Assembly (NCBI GenBank): GCA_040755995.1
Contig: JBFMAF010000041.1
Location: 78,248 to 142,247 of the forward strand
Length of the DNA: 64,000 nucleotides
Direction: 5' to 3'
Source of the DNA: Acidobacteriota bacterium
GTDB taxonomy: Bacteria; Acidobacteriota; CAIWXX01
Shown here: in pieces, positions 59,561 through 64,000 of the stretch
How positions within the stretch are numbered: the first letter of the stretch is position 1
How the letters are laid out: each line of letters opens with the position of its first letter
The notes under the pieces: generated by a model
What the model saw: the letters and a program-made list of their open reading frames with translations, nothing else
Databases searched by the model: none
What the model was told of the DNA's origin: nothing
Translations under genes and position numbers: made by a program

Positions 59561-60943
59561 ATGGCCGTGATTCTCGTGGTCGAGGACAACGCGAAGATCC
59601 AGGCGCACATCCTGTCGGTCCTGCGCGACGAGGGTCACGATGTGACGGGCATGGGATCGGCCGAGGAGGCGCTTGGGTTCCTGACCGGCGATGCCGGGTC
59701 GAAGACGGACCTGCTGTTGCTGGACATACGGCTTGGAGGGATGAGCGGTGTGGATCTCATCAACCGGCTGGGCAGTTCTCTCCTTCCGCCGACGATCGTC
59801 GTTTCGGGTGAGGCCACGATGGCAGAGACAATCGAAGCGCTGCGGCTCGGCGTCAGCGACTTCGTCGAGAAGCCGTTCTCGGATGAGCGTCTCTGCATCT
59901 CCGTCAATAACTGCCTGGAACGTGTGGCGCTGCACAAGCAGCTTCGGCAGTTGCAGCGGCAGATTCAGCAAGGCCAGGTGATTCTCGGCGAATCGCGCGC
60001 GATCAGGGCGGTCATCGAAAAGATACAGAAGCTCGCGGCCACCAACGCCCGGGTCCTGATCACAGGCGAGAGCGGCACGGGCAAGGAGCTGGTTGCCACC
60101 ACCCTCCACCAGCTCAGCCCGCGAAGCGACCGGCCCTTCATCAGGATCAACTGCGCGGCCTTTCCGGTGCATCTGATTGAGGACGAGCTTTTCGGCCACG
60201 TCAAGGGGGCGTTCACGGACGCCCACCAGCACAAGACGGGTCTCTTCGAGGCGGCCAACGGAGGGACGCTCTTTCTGGACGAGATCGGCGACATGGACTA
60301 CGCTCTACAGTCGCGCCTGCTTAGAGTGCTGGATGACGGGCGCCTGCGGCGCCTCGGCGACACGAAGGATGTCCAGGTGGACGTGCGCACTCTGGCTGCG
60401 ACCAACTGCGACCTGGAACAGCGGGTCAAGCAGAACCGGTTCCGTGAGGACCTCTTCTACCGGTTGTCGACGGTGCCGATCCACGTCCCCCCGTTGCGGG
60501 AACGGAAGGAGGACATCGCGCTGCTGGCTTCCTACTACGTCTCGCACTTCTGCGCGTTGCATCAGATCAGACAGAAGCAGGTGGAGGCCGCGGTGCTTTC
60601 GCAGATGGAGCTCTATGCATGGCCCGGGAATGTGCGGGAGCTCAAGAACCTCTGCGAACGACTGGTGATATTCGGCGGAGACCCGATCGCGGCGAGCGAT
60701 CTGCCGTCAGATCTCTTCGCGCCCGAATCGCAGACGGAATGCGGAGTTGTGCGAATCCCGGACGTTCACCCGATGCCTCTCAGGACGTTCAAGAGCCAGT
60801 GCGAAAAGGAATACATCGAGGCGATGCTCCAGCGCATGAATTGGAACTACGTCAAGGTGGCGGAGCTCCTCGACATCCACAGGTCCTACTTGCACCAGAA
60901 GATCACGGGTCTGGGCATTCAGAGGCGAGCCGGCGCTGAATAG
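59561..60943 (+). CDS. Sigma-54-type response regulator (REC-AAA+-HTH, NtrC/NtrX-like)
   Basis: LLDIRL, GESGTGKE, GAFTDA, FLDEIG, WPGNVREL. Confidence 0.94.
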   Translation: MAVILVVEDNAKIQAHILSVLRDEGHDVTGMGSAEEALGFLTGDAGSKTDLLLLDIRLGGMSGVDLINRLGSSLLPPTIVVSGEATMAETIEALRLGVSDFVEKPFSDERLCISVNNCLERVALHKQLRQLQRQIQQGQVILGESRAIRAVIEKIQKLAATNARVLITGESGTGKELVATTLHQLSPRSDRPFIRINCAAFPVHLIEDELFGHVKGAFTDAHQHKTGLFEAANGGTLFLDEIGDMDYALQSRLLRVLDDGRLRRLGDTKDVQVDVRTLAATNCDLEQRVKQNRFREDLFYRLSTVPIHVPPLRERKEDIALLASYYVSHFCALHQIRQKQVEAAVLSQMELYAWPGNVRELKNLCERLVIFGGDPIAASDLPSDLFAPESQTECGVVRIPDVHPMPLRTFKSQCEKEYIEAMLQRMNWNYVKVAELLDIHRSYLHQKITGLGIQRRAGAE

Positions 60944-62828
60944 AGCTCCGGACTGGTGAACCACGCGAAGCCGGTGGCCTGGGGTCTATGGACGGCGCGA
61001 TGTAGCACTGAGCGGGAAGCCGCTTGCCGTCTAGCGTCCGCACCAGCACAGGACAAGGCAGGTAGGTGCAGGCGAGCACATCCTTTGTGTGCGCGTACAG
61101 CCTGGCAAGCTGCTCGTGCGTGCCCGGCGCCACGATTCTTGTGATCTCGAGCAGGAAGGCGACACCGGTGAGATCGGGTGCCGGCGTGAAGGTGACCTGA
61201 GCGCCAGCTGTCGAGAGCTGCCCTGTGACCGGTCCTTCAGATGTGCGCACGGTGACGCTCTGAGCGGTCACGGTCGCTGCATCTACGTCGCGTGAGAACG
61301 TGACCGTGACGAGGTTTCCGGCGTATGCGGCATCGGCGACGGCGATCGGCCCAGTCTGCTGCTGCGTGTCACCTTCGATGCGATGCGTGCGATTGCCCGA
61401 AGGGTCGGCCGCCGAGACGCTGAAGTGATTGCGCCCGCCGGGTGTGAGCGGCACCGGTATGCTGAACCGGCCCGATTTGTCGGCGACGGCCGCCCGCACC
61501 CCCACATACACGCGAGCGTCAGACTCAGCGCGGCCCCTGATCGTGACGCTTTTGCGCGAGGTGGTCGGGGGTACAGGATCGAGCACCAGCTCGCGCGGCG
61601 GCGTGTTGTCTACAGTGCGGAAGCGCGCGTCGACGGGAGTTGGCAGCTCGTTGCCGGCGAGGTCTCTCAGCCCCGAGGCGCGCAGGTGAATCTCGGCGCC
61701 ATCGGGAAGCGGCGATGTGGGCGTGAAGATGACGTTCTCGCCCTGCACCTTGAATCTGCCGGGAGCGGGCTTGCCGTTCTCCAGCGTCACGCTCGCCGTT
61801 CTTAGTGAAGACGGCGAGATCGGCTCGCTGAATTGCAGCTTGATAGGCCATTCCATGGGGATCGTGGTGTTTCCGGCGACCGGGTCCATCGCTACGAGCA
61901 CCGGAGGCTTCGAATCGAGGATGACATCGACGGATGTCTCGCTTGTGTGGCCAGCCTTGTCGCGCGCTGCCAACGCGAGCGTGCTCTTGCCCTGAGCCGC
62001 GAGCTGATGCGTGAAGCAGAATCGTCCCCGTGCGTCTACCGGGGTAGGCTTGCCGTTCACCGTGAGCGTCGCGCCAGACGCATCCTCGACGCGCCCGGTC
62101 ACAGTGAGAGCGCTCTTGCGCACGAGCGCCCCCGAAAGCGGCTCCTCCACGATGATGCGCGGTGGCGTCGCGTCGACCATGAGATCGACGGTCGCCTCGC
62201 TGGTATGCCCCGCTGCATCGGCAGCCTCGATGAAGATTGCGTTGGCATCTTCCCGCAGCACTACGTCTGCTTCGATCCGGCCATCCGACACAAGTGCCAC
62301 CTGCCCGTTCACGCGCACCGAAGTGGGTGTGGCATCAATGATCGTGCCCGAAACGCACGCGCGGAAGACAGACAGAAGCGAGCCCGGGGCCGGCTCGGCA
62401 ATCATGATCCGCGGAGCCGTCAGGTCGCAGGTGACATCCACGGCCGATTCGACAGCTTGGCATGCCGCGTCCGTGGCAACGACCGCGAGGCGATTCGCTC
62501 CCTCTTTCATAGGAATATCTTCAATCGTGAATCGCTCGCCGAAGACGACTCCAGCCTTGCCGTTGCACGAGACCGAGGCGAGCTCCGAGCCCGAGGCGCT
62601 CTCGCACGTGCCGGACACCGTCACCAGAGAGTCGCCGATGATCGCGTTGGCCGAGGGCTGCACGAGCGTGAGGCCAGGCTTGACCACCGCACGCCCTTGG
62701 GCAGCCGCGTGTGCCGTCAGCCACAGCAGTGAGCATGCGAGCAGCAATGCCCAGCCCACCTTCGTGCAGCGCTCCATTCTCAACGGCATCAGCACTTGGT
62801 CATTCCCCATCCGTATGGTCCGGGACAT
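60903..62828 (-). CDS. Secreted multi-Ig-domain protein, probably truncated or chimeric at the C-terminus
   Basis: Repeated A.D.AG....V.V..D..PP Ig units, Big_5-like FSEPI...GLRDLAGN; last domain incomplete; start uncertain. Confidence 0.75.
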   Translation of the reverse strand: MSRTIRMGNDQVLMPLRMERCTKVGWALLLACSLLWLTAHAAAQGRAVVKPGLTLVQPSANAIIGDSLVTVSGTCESASGSELASVSCNGKAGVVFGERFTIEDIPMKEGANRLAVVATDAACQAVESAVDVTCDLTAPRIMIAEPAPGSLLSVFRACVSGTIIDATPTSVRVNGQVALVSDGRIEADVVLREDANAIFIEAADAAGHTSEATVDLMVDATPPRIIVEEPLSGALVRKSALTVTGRVEDASGATLTVNGKPTPVDARGRFCFTHQLAAQGKSTLALAARDKAGHTSETSVDVILDSKPPVLVAMDPVAGNTTIPMEWPIKLQFSEPISPSSLRTASVTLENGKPAPGRFKVQGENVIFTPTSPLPDGAEIHLRASGLRDLAGNELPTPVDARFRTVDNTPPRELVLDPVPPTTSRKSVTIRGRAESDARVYVGVRAAVADKSGRFSIPVPLTPGGRNHFSVSAADPSGNRTHRIEGDTQQQTGPIAVADAAYAGNLVTVTFSRDVDAATVTAQSVTVRTSEGPVTGQLSTAGAQVTFTPAPDLTGVAFLLEITRIVAPGTHEQLARLYAHTKDVLACTYLPCPVLVRTLDGKRLPAQCYIAPSIDPRPPASRGSPVRSSIQRRLASECPDP

Positions 62829-63001
62829 GGAACATGGTGATGGGCTGTGGGCAGTGTGGGAAGGCGAAGCCTTTCCACATCGCCGGCAGGCGCGGTGCTG
62901 TCCACAGCCTTCTGCCTCCCGATCACGGCCCCGGCCGGTTGGAACAACACCGGACGCTGTGGGATAATGCGCGACGACACTACATCATTCGCGGAGTGTG
63001 C

Positions 63002-64000
63002 GTGATACAACAAGCTGAACTTGTCTCCTGGGCGCTCAACCTCGTCCTGAAGTCTGTCGTGATATCTGCCAAATGGGCTGCTGTCAGCAGATCCCGTTTG
63101 ATCCACGCGTGCCTCGCCTCGGACGGTGATCGACTCGTCCGGGAGAATGTGCTCTTGCGCCAGAAGGTGGCCGAGATCGAGGGACTCGTCTTGATCCTCC
63201 GCAGCCAACTCAAGGCTGGTGCACCGCGCAGGCACTTGAGGGTCAAAGAGCGGGTGTTCGTCCTGTGGCACATGGAATTCTTCAAGATCCCGAGGCGCCG
63301 CGCAAAGGAGTACTACGGCATCGCGTGTTCGACCATCTATCGGTGGCTCACGCGAATCGATCACGCAGATGTTGGTGGGAATGAACCGGCCAACAAGACA
63401 CCCACCGACATCCTCAAGCTTGTGTGGAAGATAGCCACGGCCAACCCGACGTTTGGGAAGCTGCGAATCTCGCAGCAGCTCGCCCTCCTCGGGATCTTCC
63501 TCTCGGCATCCACTGTGCGGAACGTCCTCAATGGGCCGAGGCCCGCAGATGGCACCGAGGAGCCTCAGGCGCCGGAGGCACAGCCCAAGCGCGAGTCGCC
63601 GAAACACATTCGCGCCGAGCACCCGAATCACGTCTGGAGCGCCGATCTCACCGCGGTCCGTACCTGGGTCTTCTGGCGCACTGATGTCCTGGCGGTGATC
63701 GATCACTTCTCCCGCAAGCTCGTGGCGCTGGTTCCGCTGAGACAGCCTGACACAGCCTCTATCGTCGCAGTCCTGGGGAGCGCTTTCCGGCTTCAGGGCA
63801 GTCCAAACCACATGGTGACGGACAAGGGCCCTGTGTTCACGGGCGCGGATTTCAGAGGCTTCCTCGCCAAACACAACGTCAAGGCTCGAACCGGTGCCGT
63901 GGGCAAGCACGGCTCGGTCTCCATCACAGAGCGAGTGATTGAAAGCCTCAAGTACGAGTGGCTCCGACGGGTGTCTCTGATTCGCGGCTTCGACCATCTC
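63002..64000 (+). mobile_element. DDE transposase/integrase (HTH plus rve core); runs off the right edge
   Basis: Not in the ORF track. Hand translation: STIYRWL...NPTFGKLRISQQL...STVRNVL...PNHVWSADLT...VIDHFSRK...VTDKGPVF...ERVIESLKYEW. Confidence 0.88.

Noticed and set aside
62789..63997. 402-aa minus-strand ORF
   Set aside because: Antisense shadow of the plus-strand transposase

Overview
GC-rich bacterial chromosomal segment. Gene order and content suggest Acidobacteriota or a related lineage (inference). Most of the window is core housekeeping: greA-lepB-miaB, a parAB pair, tmRNA, amidase-GerMN-murI-rph...rdgB, dcd, an alternative sigma-70 factor, five tRNAs, ribF, prs-rplY-pth-rpsF-rpsR-rplI-dnaB, mlaEFD, radA-PIN/TRAM-ispD-ispF-rlmB and uvrA. 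The accessory islets of most interest are five. (1) Two tandem 156-aa secreted Tyr/Trp-rich paralogs, each with its own promoter, long 5' UTR and terminator. (2) A glutamate dehydrogenase paired with a GAF-like/dikinase-like protein that lacks the PEP-binding domain. (3) Orphan proteins downstream of parAB and inside the rph-rdgB cluster. (4) Families of intergenic hepta- and hexanucleotide arrays, one inverted pair bracketing a small Cys-rich gene. (5) A chimeric Ig-domain gene beside a DDE transposase at the right edge. No CRISPR array, rRNA or prophage was seen. All calls come from motif recognition by eye; no database searches were run.
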